A stretch of 64,000 nucleotides of DNA, taken from NCBI RefSeq assembly GCF_963921235.1, contig NC_086098.1:7130001-7194000 (forward strand). Reading direction: 5' to 3'. The notes under the pieces are model-generated. The model was not told the origin of the DNA. It ran no database searches and was given only the letters and a program-made list of their open reading frames with translations. The DNA is from Mobula hypostoma. Its lineage: Eukaryota. Positions 47,335 through 59,467 of the stretch are shown here, piece after piece (position 1 is the first letter of the stretch; each line of letters starts with the position of its first letter). Both the position numbers and the translations under genes were made by a program.

Positions 47335-47517
47335 CTCACCTGGTTTAGTTGGCTTGTCGAAGCCGTTGCCCGGGGTGTGGCCGCTGTCACATACAAACAG
47401 CTACGGGGAGCCACAGGTGAGAGCTGAGTGCCAGGTGGGGACCAAAGGTGGACTAACCGCCCTGAAAAGGGCGTGACATGTTCCCCCACCAGAGGTGCTA
47501 CCCCTCCCTGACACCCC
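47335..47517 (-). ncRNA. Candidate HDV-like ribozyme at the 5' end of family C element
   Basis: Minus strand: P1 GGGGTGT / ACACCCC; P2 CTCACCTG / CAGGTGAG; P3 GGC / GCC; L3 begins TCC; then GG-GCAAC; P4 GGCTT(CGAC)AAGCC; J4/2 CTAA. Confidence 0.6.
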
Positions 47518-50500
47518 ATACACCCGCTTGGTGAGTAGGGTAAAGGAAAACCCCAAGGCATTCTTCAATTATGTGAAGAAAAAAAGGATGACAGGAGTGA
47601 AGGTAGGACCGATTAGAGATAAAGGTGGGAAGATGTGCCTGGAGGCTGTGGAAGTGAGCGAGGTCCTCAATGAATACTTTTCTTCGGTATTCACCAATGA
47701 GAGGGAACTTGATGATGGTGAGGACAGTATGAGTGAGGCTGATGTTCTGGAGCATGTTGATATTAAGGGAGAGGAGGTGTTGGAGTTGTTAAAATACATT
47801 AGGACAGATAAGTCCCCAGGGCCTGATGGAATATTCCCCAGGCTGCTCCACGAGGCAAGAGAAGAGATTGCTGAGCCACTGGCTAGGATCTTTATGTCCT
47901 CGTTGTCCACGGGAATGGTACCGGAGGATTGGAGGGAGGCGAATGTTGTTCCCTTGTTCAAAAAAGGTAGTAGGAATAGTCTGGGTAATTATAGACCAGT
48001 GAGCCTTATGTGGGAAAGCTGTTGGTAAAGATTCTTAGAGATAGGATCTATAGGCATTTAGAGAATCATGGTCTGATCAGGGACAGTCAGCATGGCTTTG
48101 TGAAGGGCAGATCGTGTCTAACAAGCCTGATAAAGTTCTTTGAGGAGGTGACCAGGCATATAGATGAGGATAGTGCAGTGGATGTGATCTATATGGATTT
48201 TAGTAAGGCATTTGGCAAGGTTCCATGTGGTAGGCTTATTCAGAAAGTTAGAAGGCATGGGATCCAGGGAAGTTTGGCCAGGTGGATTCAGAATTGGCTT
48301 GCCTGCAGAAGGCAGAGAGTGGTGGTGGAGGGAGTACATTCAGATTGGAGGATTGTGACTAGTGGTGTCACACAAGGATCTGTTCTGGGACCTCTACTTT
48401 TCATGATTTTTATTAACGAGCTGGATGTGGGGGTAGAAGGGTGGGTTGGCAAGTTTGCAGATGACACAAAGGTTGGTGGTGTTGTAGATAGTGTAGAGGA
48501 TTGTCAAAGATTGCAGAGAGACATTGATAGGATGCAGAAGTGGGCTGAAAAGTAGCAGATGGAGTTCAACCCAGAGAAGTGTGAGGTGGTACACTTTGGA
48601 AGGACAAACTCCAAGGCAGAGTACAAAGTAAATGGCAGGATACTTGGTAGTGTAGAGGAGCAGAGGAATCTCGGGGTACATGTCCACAGATCCCTGAAAG
48701 TTGCCTCACAGGTGGATAGGGTAGTTAAGAAAGCTTATGGGGTGTTAGCTTTTATAAGTCAAGGGATAGAGTTTAAGAGTCGCGATGTAATGATGCAGCT
48801 CTATAAAACTCTGGTTAGGCCACACTTGGAGTACTGTGTCCAGTTCTGGTCACCTCACTATAGGAAGGATGTGGAAGCATTGGAAAGGGTACAGAGGAGA
48901 TTTAGCAGGATGCTGCCTGGTTTAGAGAGTATGCATTATGATCAGAGATTAAGGGAGCTAGGGCTTTACTCTTTGGAGAGAAGGAGGATGAGAGGAGACA
49001 TGATAGAGATGTACAAGATAATAAGAGGAATAGATAGAGTGGATAGCCAGCGCCTCTTCCCCAGGGCACCACTGCTCAATACAAGAGGACGTGGCTTTAA
49101 GGTAAGGAGTGGGAAGTTCAAGGGGGATATTAGAGGAAGGTTTTTTACTCAGAGAGTGGTTGGTGTGTGGAATGCACTGCCTGAGTCAGTGGTGGAGGCA
49201 GATACACTAGTGAAGTTTAAGAGACTACTAGACAGGTATATGGAGGAATCTAAGGTGGGGGCTTATATGGGAGGCAGGGTTTGAGGGTTGGCACAACATT
49301 GTGGGCCGAAGGGCCTGTACTGTGCTGTACTATTCTATGTTCTATGTTCTATCTCTTTGTTCTACTGCACGCCACAGTGCCCTACAGTTCACTGTGTTAC
49401 AGTCGAAGCACTGACAGAGTTTAGGAGGTGTCTCTGAATGCTGTTCTGTCATCAGTTTTTGTCATTATCCTATTATACTTCCTCAGGCAATGATTTCCCT
49501 TTTTAGCCCTCACACAGAAAACAAAATAGAATAATGGGGGTTAATTTCACTGATGTTCATTCATTCACAGGTGTTCATTCACGATCCACTTACCCCTGCT
49601 ATCTCAAAGCCAAAGTTCAAAGTAAATTGATGATCAGAATATGTCTATATCACCATATTGGCACAGTTTATCTTCTTTTGTACATTGGTTGTTTGTCATT
49701 TATTATTTGTGTGTAGTTTTTCATTGTTTCCATTGTATTTCTTTGTTCTACTGTGAATGCCTGCAAGAAAAAGAATCTCAGGGTGGTACCTGCTGACATA
49801 TGCGTACTTTGATAATAAATTTACTTTGAACTTTGAACCTGCAAGTTCTGCTCCATTTCATTCTCTCCCTTTCACCAGGGATTTTGTCCCACAAACGATA
49901 GATCGTAATAATTTTTCCGCTGCACTCTGCCTGAAGATTCGAATCAAACAATTGATTATTTTAGTATTCCATTAAGCTATCCTCTATAGCTTGTACAGTG
50001 TGGATCTCAATATTTTTCTGTTTGAATTTTGGTCATTATTCATCATTCTCAGTATGCATGCTTTCATTTTCTCGAGATCATAAATAACTGTGCGTCTCTT
50101 AACTGCTGTACAGTAAAAACATTCTTCAAACTGCCTGAATAATGTGGCAATAATATGCAGCATCAATTTTCTGTGATTGGAAACCACACAAGCATTTATA
50201 GACTGATCCACATCCTTGCTTGGTTGGATGCTCAGACAGTGTGTGGGCAAAGGTTGATAAGATTTCACGGATTCTTGGCAAGTTTGCCTACTGGTAAAGA
50301 ATCAACATTATCAATGATAGAGGCAGAGACATTAGGGAGATTTAACACAATAAGACACATGAGCAGAATTAGGCCATTCAGCCCATCGAGTCTGCTCCTT
50401 CACCATCCATTATGGTCGATTTATTATCCCTCTCAAACCCTTTGTCCTGCCTTCTCCCCATAACCTTCGATGCCTTACTAATCAAGAACCTATCACCCTC

Positions 50501-51339
50501 TGCTTTAAATATACTCAATGACTTGTCCTCCACAGGCATCTGTGGCAAAGAATTCCACAGGCTCATCACGTTTTGGTTAAAGAAATGTTTTCTCATAACT
50601 AATTTAAGGGACCTCCTTCTATTTTGGTTAAAGACTCGCCCACTATTAGAAACATCCTCTCCACACCCACTCTCTCTTGGCATTTCAAGATTCAATAGGT
50701 TTCAATGAGATCTGCACCTTTCCCCCTCCATAGAGCCATCAAACGCTCCTCAAATGTTAACCCTTTCATTCCCAAGATCATTCTCCTGAACCTCCTCTGG
50801 ACCCTGTCCAATGCCAACACATTGTTTCTTAGATAAAGAGCCCAAAACTGCTCACACTGCTTCAAGTGGGGTCTGACCAATACCTTACAATGCCTCGTCC
50901 TTCCACCTATATTCTAGTCCTCTTGAAATAAATGCTAATATTGCATTTTCATTCATTACAACTGACTCAATGTGCAAGTTAATTCACCCAGGACAGGCCC
51001 TGTTTTCATTGCTCCCATCAAGGAGGAGGTACAGGAGCCTGAAGACACACAGTCAATATTTCAGGAACAGCTTCTGTCCCTCTGCCATCAGATTAATGAA
51101 TGGACAATGAACCCAATGAACCTCACTACTTTTCCTGTCTTCTTGTATTGCTTATTTAAATTAATGTGTAATATATACCTCTTATTGTAATTTATATGTG
51201 TTTATTATTATGTTAGTTAACAACAAATTTCACTACATATGCCAGTGATATTAAACGTGATTCTGATTCAGAAATCCAATATGATCAATGAAAAGAAAGA
51301 TGGCATCAGATATCTTCTTGTTTGTGCTATGAGGTACAA

Positions 51340-52335
51340 ATCCTTAATATCTTGTCTACACCCTGCCTTGTGTAGCTGGATCCTGGACTTCCTGTCAGAT
51401 TGCCAGCAAGAGTGGGCTCCCTCACCTCTGCCCCTCTGATTCTCAATACAAGTGCCCCTCAGGGCTGTGTCCTAAGCCCCCTCCTTGACAGTGTTGCCAC
51501 CCCCAGCCCCAATCTGCTAATTAAATTTTCTGACGACACTGATTGACCTAATCTCAACTAATAATGAGGCAGCCTAAGGAGAAGAAGTCATCACCCTGAC
51601 ACAGTGGTGTCAAGAAAACAACCTCTCCCTCAATGTCGCAAAAACAAAGGAGCTGGTTGTGGATTACAGGCTAATACCTATAGATGTCAATCGATCTGGG
51701 GTTGAGAGGGCAAACAGCTTTAAGTTCCTCAGCACACACATTCACTTGGCCTGTACATACTGGCTGAGCGCTGAAAAAGGCACAACAGCACCTCTTTCAC
51801 CTCAGATGGTTGAAGTAGTTTGGTACGGCCCCCCAAATTCTAAGAACTTTCTATAGGGGCAAGATTGAGAGCATCCTGACTGGCTGCATCACTGCCTGGT
51901 ATGGGAACTGTACTTCCGTCCATCACAGGACTCTGCAGAGAGTGGTGCGGGCAGCCCAGTGCATCTGTAGATGTGAACTTCAAACTATTCAGGACATTTA
52001 CAAAGACAGGTGTGTAAAAAGGATTCAAAGGATCATTGGAGACCCGAGGCACCCCAGCCACAGACTGTTCCAGCTGCTACCATCCGGGAAATGGTACTGC
52101 AGCATAAAAGCCAGGACCAACAGGTTCCGGGACAGCTTCTTCCACCAGGCCATCAGACTGATTAACTCATGCTGATACAATTGTTTTTCTATGTTATATT
52201 GACTGTCCAGTTGTACATACTACTTATTATAAATTACTATAATTGCACTTTGCACATTTAGACGGGGACATAACAAAGATTTTTACTCCTCGTGTATAAG
52301 AAGGTTGTAAGTAATAAAGTCAATTCAATTCAATT
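51340..52335 (+). mobile_element. Rex1/Babar-type LINE, degenerate
   Basis: ALCSWILDFL, PQGCVLSP, KFSDDT, HPSHRLFQLLPSGK; (AATTC)n end. Confidence 0.8.
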
Positions 52336-53122
52336 TATTTCTAATGGGCCAGGTTGTGAGTCTGCTGCTCCCTCTATCTGCTGGAGGAACTTGGCAGGTC
52401 CTGCAGCCTCTGTGCAAGGGGAGGGAGAGAATCGTCAATGTCTGAGGTCGATACACTGCATCAGATGTTCACCTCCGGCAGGTTTCTTGTTGTTTCAGAT
52501 TCCACAGTCGGCTATATTTCGTGTCTCCTGCCACTCTATGTTCACCGTTACAGATCCTTTCAAAAGTGATGGAAAGGATTATTTTTCAAATTGCGTTCAT
52601 GTCAGAAGGGTTAATTCACTTTTTGTCTTTGCAATATTGTGGAGGAGCCAAAGAGGAATATACCCTCAGACATCCAAGTATGATCTACAAAGAAAAGCTT
52701 CTTGGACTCTGTTTCCATACATCTTTGTCCAAACATCTATTCCATGACGCACAAATTAGAGCAATGTGCATATGATGGTCCATTCATGGTTAGATACTAA
52801 TGGTTGGAACAACAGAGTGCACCAATTACTCAGGACTGAAGATACCCTGCCAGTGTTACAAAGTGAAAGGATTTTCACTGGTCACCTGGTGAAGCTCATT
52901 CCCTGTGGTGAAGAAAAGAGAAGAGGTGATCGGGTATCCAGAATGGGAAATGGGAGAAGACAGAGTGGGAGGAGGATCGGAATCGGAATCAGAATCAGAT
53001 TTTATATCAGCAGCATATGGTGTGAAATTTGTTAACTTAGTGGCAGCAGTACAATGCATTACATGACAATATAGGAAAAAGTCAATTACAGTAAGTAAGT
53101 AAATATATAGTATATAGAAGTG

Positions 53123-53432
53123 TGAGCACGTGGCCAAGTGGTTAAGGCATTGGACTAGCGACCTGAAGGTCGTGAGTTCGAGCCCCAGCTGAGGCAGCGT
53201 GTTGTGTCCTTGAGCAAGGCACTTAACCACACATTGCTCTGCGATGACACCGGTGCCAAGCTTATGGGTCCTAATGCCCTTCCCTTGGACAACATCGGTG
53301 GCGTGGAGAGGGAAGACTTGCAGCATGGGCAACTGCTGGTCTTCCATACAACCTTGCCCAGGCCTGCGCCCTGGAGAGTGAAGACTTTCCAGACGCAGAT
53401 CCATGGTCTCGCAAGACTAACGGATGTCTTTA
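53123..53432 (+). mobile_element. tRNA-derived SINE with CORE-like segment (same family as 29390-29706)
   Basis: A box TGGCCAAGTGG, B box GAGTTCGAGCC, TGTGTCCTTGAGCAAGGCACTTAACC and a 3' stem-loop CTGGAGAGT-GAAG-ACTTTCCAG. Confidence 0.88.
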
Positions 53433-53699
53433 TATATATTTATATATATGCATATTAAAGTTAAATAGAACATAGAAATTAGAACATAAAAATTCACAGC
53501 ACATTACTGACTCTGTGGCCCTACACAACCTGTAACTTACTCTAGAAATTGCCTCAAATTTCCCTACCACACAGCCCTCTATTTTTCTAATCTCCATGTA
53601 CCTATCTAAGAGTCTATTAAAAGACCCTATTGTATCTGCCTCCACACTGTCACCAGCAGTGCATTCCATGCACAAATAATGCAGAAAACAGAAATAAAA

Positions 53700-54545
53700 A
53701 AGTGAGGTAGATGGGTTTGATGTCCATTTAGAACTTGGATGGCAACAGGGAAGAAGCCGTTCCCGAATTGCTGACTGTCTGCCTTCAGGTTTCTGTACCT
53801 CCTTCCTGATGGCAACAATGAGAAGAAGGTATGTTTTGGGTGATGAGAGTCCTTAACAATGGATGCTGCCTTTCTGACGCATCACTCCTCGAAGATGTCT
53901 TGGATGCTACTGAGGCCAGTGCCCACGATGGAGCTGACTAACTTCACAACTTTCTGTAGCTTCTTATGATCCTGTGTCGTATCCTTCCTGCAAATCCGCC
54001 CCCACAATACCAGGTGGTGATGCAGCCTCTCAGAATGCCTCCTACGGTACATCTGTACAAGTTTTCAAGTGTTTTAGGTGACAAACCAAATCTCTTTAAA
54101 CTCCTAATGAAATATCGCCACAGTCTTGCCTTTTTTATAGCTGCATTGACGCTTTGAGACCAGGTTAAATCCGCAGAGATATTGACACCCAGGAACTTGA
54201 AATTGCTCACTCCCTCCGCTTCTGATCCCTCTAAGAGGATTGATTCATGCTCCCTCATCTTACCCTTCCTGAAGTCCACAATCAGCTCTTAATGACTTTG
54301 AATGCAAGGTTGTTGCTGTGACACCACTCAATTAGCTGGTATATCCTGCTCCTGCACGCCCTCACGCCTCCATCTGAGATTCTACCAACAATGGTTGAAT
54401 CATCAGCAAATTTATAAATGCTATTTGATCTGTGCCTAGCTACACAGTCGTGGGTATAGTGAGAGTAGAGCAGTCGGCTAAGTACACATCCCTGAGGTGC
54501 ACCAGTGTTGATTGTCAGTGAGGAGAAGGTGTTATTACCAATCCA
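53700..54545 (-). mobile_element. Rex1/Babar-type LINE fragment
   Basis: DFRKGK..FKFLGVNISADLTWS..KKARLWRYFIRSLKRFG. Confidence 0.82.
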
Positions 54546-54660
54546 GGCAAATTGTAAATCAGGGGGAGTAAGTAACAGAAGTTAGAGTATTCATTATTCT
54601 TACCATCAGGTTGGAGGCTATCCAGACAAAATATGGGTTATTGCACCTTCAGCATATTTA

Positions 54661-55198
54661 CACTCAGTTGTCATTTTCTTAGGTATATCTGCTCATTAAT
54701 GCAAATATCTAATCAGCCAATCATGTGGCAACTGAGCATAAAGCATGTAGACATGGTCGAGGACTTCAGCTGTTGTTGAGACCAAACTTCAGAAGCAGGA
54801 AGAAATATGATCTAAGTGACTTTGACTGTGGAATGATTGTTGGTGCCAGATGGGGTGGTTTGAGTATCTAAGATACTGCAGATCTCCTGGGATGTTCATG
54901 CATAACAGTCTCTTAGAGTTTATAGAACGTGGTGTGAAAAAACAAAAAACATCTAGTGAGTAGGAGTTCTGTGAGCAAAAATGCCTTGTTAATGAGAGAG
55001 GGCAGAGGAGAATGGCCAGACTGGTTCAAGCTGACAGGAAGGTGACAGTAACTCAAATAACCTCGTGATACAACAATGTTGTGCAGAAGAACATCTCTGA
55101 ATGCACAACATGTTGAACCTTGAAGCAATCGGCTACAGGAGCAGAAGAGCATGAATTGGCTAGGTACAAGAGGTACCGAATGACGTGGCCACTGAGTA
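54661..55198 (+). mobile_element. Tc1/mariner internal-deletion derivative
   Basis: TA-flanked TIRs CACTCAGT.. / ..GTGGCCACTGAGT; transposase N-terminal remnant DLSDFDCGMIVGARWGGLSI. Confidence 0.82.
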
Positions 55199-57749
55199 TA
55201 AACCCTCCTGTACAGTGTCATGGAGTCACATGGCACAGAATCAGTCCCTTCAGCCCAACTCATCCATTTTGTCCAAGATCTGCATCTAAGCTTGTCCTAT
55301 CTGCCCACATTCAACCAATGTCCCCCTGAGCCTTTCCTGTCCATGGTACTTGGCCAAATACCTTTTAAATATTTTTAATGTACCAGCTTGGAACATTCCC
55401 ATTCTTTTTTGCTAGAATGGAACCTTACTACAAAGATATACCCAAGTACACCGAAAGATCCTCTGAATTGTATTAATTTCTTCATGGCAACAAAATTTCA
55501 TGTTACATTCTTGGATTAATATATTCCTGTAAAGACTGTAGTCCTTTTGATTTCATCTGGGAATTCTATAAGCATTATATTTCTATTTTCCTATTTTATT
55601 CCCATCACTTCATTGTGATCAGTGAATAACTTAATTCTTTGTGAGAAGCACTTTGAAAAAAATATTAATAGACATTTTATGACTCGAGATTCTGATTTGC
55701 ATGGGGGTACTCGATTACCATAGAAATTACTTGAGCTGATTGTAAATATTTGCATCATTCTACCACATATTTACTTCAAATGTCTTGGTATGTAGAGAAA
55801 TGGGACACAGGAGGAATGAGAGGGAGAAAAGGAAACAATGCATTGAGTTATCAAAAAATCAAAAATGGAGTTACAAAGACATTGAATGGGAACCTTCTTC
55901 TCCCGCCCTTGACCTTTCACACCCACCTGACTTCTTCAGCTATCACCTTCCAGTTAGTCTTCTTCCCCACCCCCACCTTTTTATTCTGACATCTTCCCCC
56001 TTCCTTCTCAGAGAAGGGTCTCAGCTTAAAACATTGAATGTTTACTTTTCTATAGATGCTGCCTGATGTGCTAAGTTCCTCCAGAATTTTGTGTGTGTTG
56101 CTTACGGAATCTTGATTGGACATTCATTTAACTGATAGGGAAGAAACTGAAGATGTGTGAAAACAGGTTTACGTTACAGATATACCATGTAGAGTATTCA
56201 GACTGGTTGTATCTCTGTCTGGTATGGAAATGACATGCACTGGTTCAGAAAAGGGTGCAGATGGTTGCAACCTCAGCCAGCTCCATCACTGGTACTTGTC
56301 TCCTCACGATCGAGGACATCTTCAAAAGGTGGTGTCTCAAGAAGCTGGCATCCATCATCAAGGACTCTTGCCACCCAAATCATACCCTCTTCTCATTGCT
56401 GCCATCAGAGAATACGTAGAGGTGCTTGAAGACAAACTTTCAATGTTTTAGGAACAGCTCTTCCCCTCCACGATCAGATTTCTGAATGGACAATGAACCC
56501 ATAAAATCTCCCTCATTGTTTACACTACTTATTTATTGTTTATGTATAATTCTTTACACATATATACATTTCTTTTTGGGCAGATGGGGCTCCTCAGCCA
56601 TGGTTGGCAGCTCCTCTAGGAGAAGGAAAACTCTGATTTCAAACCTCCACTCCTTGTGGATATATCGACCTACGGGGAAGGCTTCAGGAGTAAACTGGAA
56701 GGAAAATTCTGGAGCGAGCATTCCTAAGGCAGTCCTGCACTGAGCTCAATGCTGACTGGCAACACTGTGATGCCATTAGTTTCAAACTTCTTTTCCTTTG
56801 GCTTCATCAGCTGTGCGGAGAGAGTGAGACTGTTACATGGATAATAGCTTGCTCTCCATTTCATACTGTCCCGGCTTGCCTACTGGATGCAAGTCGTAGA
56901 GATAGCTACGGCACAATATCCATGGTCAACCACGACCAATGGAGAGCCTTAAAGTCATAGCTAACAAATCCAGGGTGGAATTAACTGCAGCACCAATGTC
57001 AGGGACTCACAAGGAGGACGTGTCAGGATGGACTTTCCAAAGCAGCATAAATTTCAGAATTACAAGAAGCAAGTGGTTTTGCTGCAACAAACACTGTTTT
57101 GCTTCATTTCATTTTGTGCCTATGCCTCTTTCCATTAACACTGCAGTAGGTGATTACATTATCTCCCTGCAGGGAGGACAACTGCCACAGTATCTAACAT
57201 GACAGAGCAGTAATAAGAGAATTATTGCAAATAACATACAGAGCCAAGTTAACTCTTATGATCAAATCACTACACAGAAGTATACTATTATATAATTTCC
57301 ACAAGACAGGAATATTTAACATCACCGTCCAAACTAAACTAAAAGCTGTAGATACAAGATAAGAGAGGAGCGATTTAAAAGATAACTGAGAGGCAACTTC
57401 CTTACATAGAGGGTATTGAGAACCTGGAGTAAGCTGCCAGAAAAAAAGTTCAAAATTCGAAGTAAATTCATTATCAAAGTACATATACATGTACAACCCT
57501 GAGATTTATTTTGTTGTGGGCAATCACAGTAAATATAAGAAAAAAAAAATGAGAGGCCATATCCAACAGGACGGACAAACAACCAATGTGCAAAAAAACA
57601 ACAGGCTGTGCAAATAAAAAAGAAATAGAAATAATAATAATAAATAAGCAATAAATATTGAGACCATGAGATGAAGAGTCCTTGAAAGCGAGTCCATTGG
57701 TTGTGGGAACTGTTCAGTGAAGGGCCAAGTCAAATGGTCAAGGTGGGTA

Positions 57750-57850
57750 ACAACACACATCAAAGTTGCTGCCTGGCCTGCTGCGTTCACCAGCAACTTT
57801 GATGTGTGTTGCTTGAATTTCCAGCATCTGCAGAATTCCCGTTGTTTGCG
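57750..57850 (+). mobile_element. 100-bp PLE terminal insertion with 5' inversion
   Basis: TSD TGGTCAAGGTGGGTA 57735-57749 / TGGTCGAGGTGGGTA 57851-57865; perfect 21-bp inverted repeat 57751-57771 / 57791-57811. Confidence 0.85.
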
Positions 57851-57894
57851 TGGTCGAGGTGGGTATAATTTTTAAGATATGTTGAAGACAATAA

Positions 57895-58370
57895 GACAAT
57901 GATTCTGGGAATGAGAGGGTTAACATATGAGGAACGTTTGTCCGCTCTTGGACTGTGTTCCTTGGAGTTTAGAAGAATGAGGGGAGACCTCATAGAAACA
58001 TTTTGAATGTTGAAAGGCATGGACAGAGTGGATGTGGCAAAGTTGTTTTCCATGATGGGGGAGTCTAGTACGAGGGGGCATGACTTAAGGATTGAAGGGC
58101 GCCCTTTCAGAACAGAAATGCGAAAAAATTTTTTTAGCCAGAGGGTGGTGAATCCATGGAATTTGTTGCCACAGGCGGCAGTGGAGGCCAAGTCATTGGG
58201 TGTATTTAAGGCAGAGATTGATAGGTATCTGAGTAGCCAGGGCATCAAAGGTTACGGTGAGAAGGTGGGGGAGTGGGACTAAATGGGAGAATAGATCAGC
58301 TCATGATAAAATGGCAGAGCAGACTCGATGGACCAAATGGCTAACTTCTGTTCCTTTGTCTTATGGTCTA
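57895..58370 (+). mobile_element. CR1 3' fragment
   Basis: MLKGMDRVDVAKLF..TRGHDLRI..KNFFSQRVVN. Confidence 0.85.
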
Positions 58371-58928
58371 ATAAGATATAGGAAGAAAATGAGTCATTTG
58401 GTCCACCATTTCATCGTGTCTGATCCACTTCCTTGTCAGCCCCAATCTCCTGTCTTCTCCCTGCATCCTGCACGCCCTGACCAATCAAGAATTAGGTAGA
58501 AGGTGAGGAAAATGGAAGTATATGGATAATTTGTACGCAGAAGTTGGTCATTTGGTTATTAATTGAAATGGGTTTGCACAGCGTTGAGGGCTGAAGGGGC
58601 TTGGGCTGGGGCTGCTCTGGCTTATGCTTTAATCGCAGCGTTTAAGAGGCATTTGGATAGGTACGTGGAGGGAAAGGGTTGGAGTGTTCTGGGCTGAACA
58701 TGAGCAATTGGGACGAAAGGGAAATGCTGTGGCAACACGGACCTGCGTGCCGAAAGGCCCGTTTCCATGCTGCGTAACTCTGTGAATCTAATTTTTCCAG
58801 AGCTGGCAAATTGCCTGCCATTTCTTATTGACACATTATTCTAGTGCCTGAAACATCTTTGCAAAAGAAAAGTGGCCTATCAGACAAGTGCTACATTAAA
58901 TTACAGATGTGTACGTTGACTGGAAACA

Positions 58929-59467
58929 CACTCTGTGGCCACTTGATTAGGTACAGGAGTGGAACCTCGTGTGTCTTACAGCTGCTGTAGAACATCCACT
59001 TCGAGCTTTCACATGTTGTGCATTCAGGGATGTTCTTCTGCACACCACTGTTGTGACGTGTGGTCATTTGAGTTAGAGTCACTTTCCTGTCAGCTTGAAC
59101 CGATAGGGCCATTCTCTTCTGACCTCTCTCATTAACAAGGTGTTTTCACCACAGAACTGCTGCTCACTGAATGTTTTTTTTTGCTTCTCATGCCATTCTC
59201 TGTGAATTCCAGAATATGGTGTGCGTGAAAATTCCAGGAGATTAGTAGTTTCTGAAACGCTCAAACCACCCTGTCTGGCACCAACAGTGATTCTTCCATA
59301 ATCAAACTGACTTAGATCATATTCCTTCCCCATTCTGAACCATCTAACCCTTTTGACCATGTCTGCATGCTTTTTTTGCATTGAGCTGCTACCACATGAC
59401 TGGCTGACTGGATATTTGCATTAATGAGCAGGTGTACAGGTGTTCCTGATAAAGTGGTCACTGTGTG
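58929..59467 (-). mobile_element. Tc1/mariner internal-deletion derivative (same family as 54661-55198)
   Basis: TIRs CACTCTGTGGCCACTTGATTAGGTACA / TGTTCCTGATAAAGTGGTCACTGTGTG-TA; minus-strand MGKEYDLSQFD..VGARQGGLSVSET. Confidence 0.82.

Larger units (their letters stand above)
46065..47526 (-). mobile_element. Non-autonomous RTE-type bipartite element (family C), itself interrupted by a CR1 fragment
   Basis: TSD CTTGGCGAGT 46055-46064 / CTTGGTGAGT 47527-47536. Minus-strand 3' end ..CGATGGACAAACA. About 560 bp without the insert, no ORF. Confidence 0.75.
45305..49332 (+). mobile_element. CR1 ORF2 (APE endonuclease to RT and 3' tail), interrupted by nested insertions
   Basis: SIWVEV..LYRPP..DFNFP..TRGNAILDLVL..SDH; KSPGPDG; QHGFVKGRSCLT; QGSVLGP; KFADDTK; (TTCTATG)n tail. 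Confidence 0.92.

Noticed and set aside
53123..53195. tRNA-like sequence with A and B boxes
   Set aside because: It is the head of a SINE (second copy with TSD at 29390-29706). No complete acceptor stem and no terminator.
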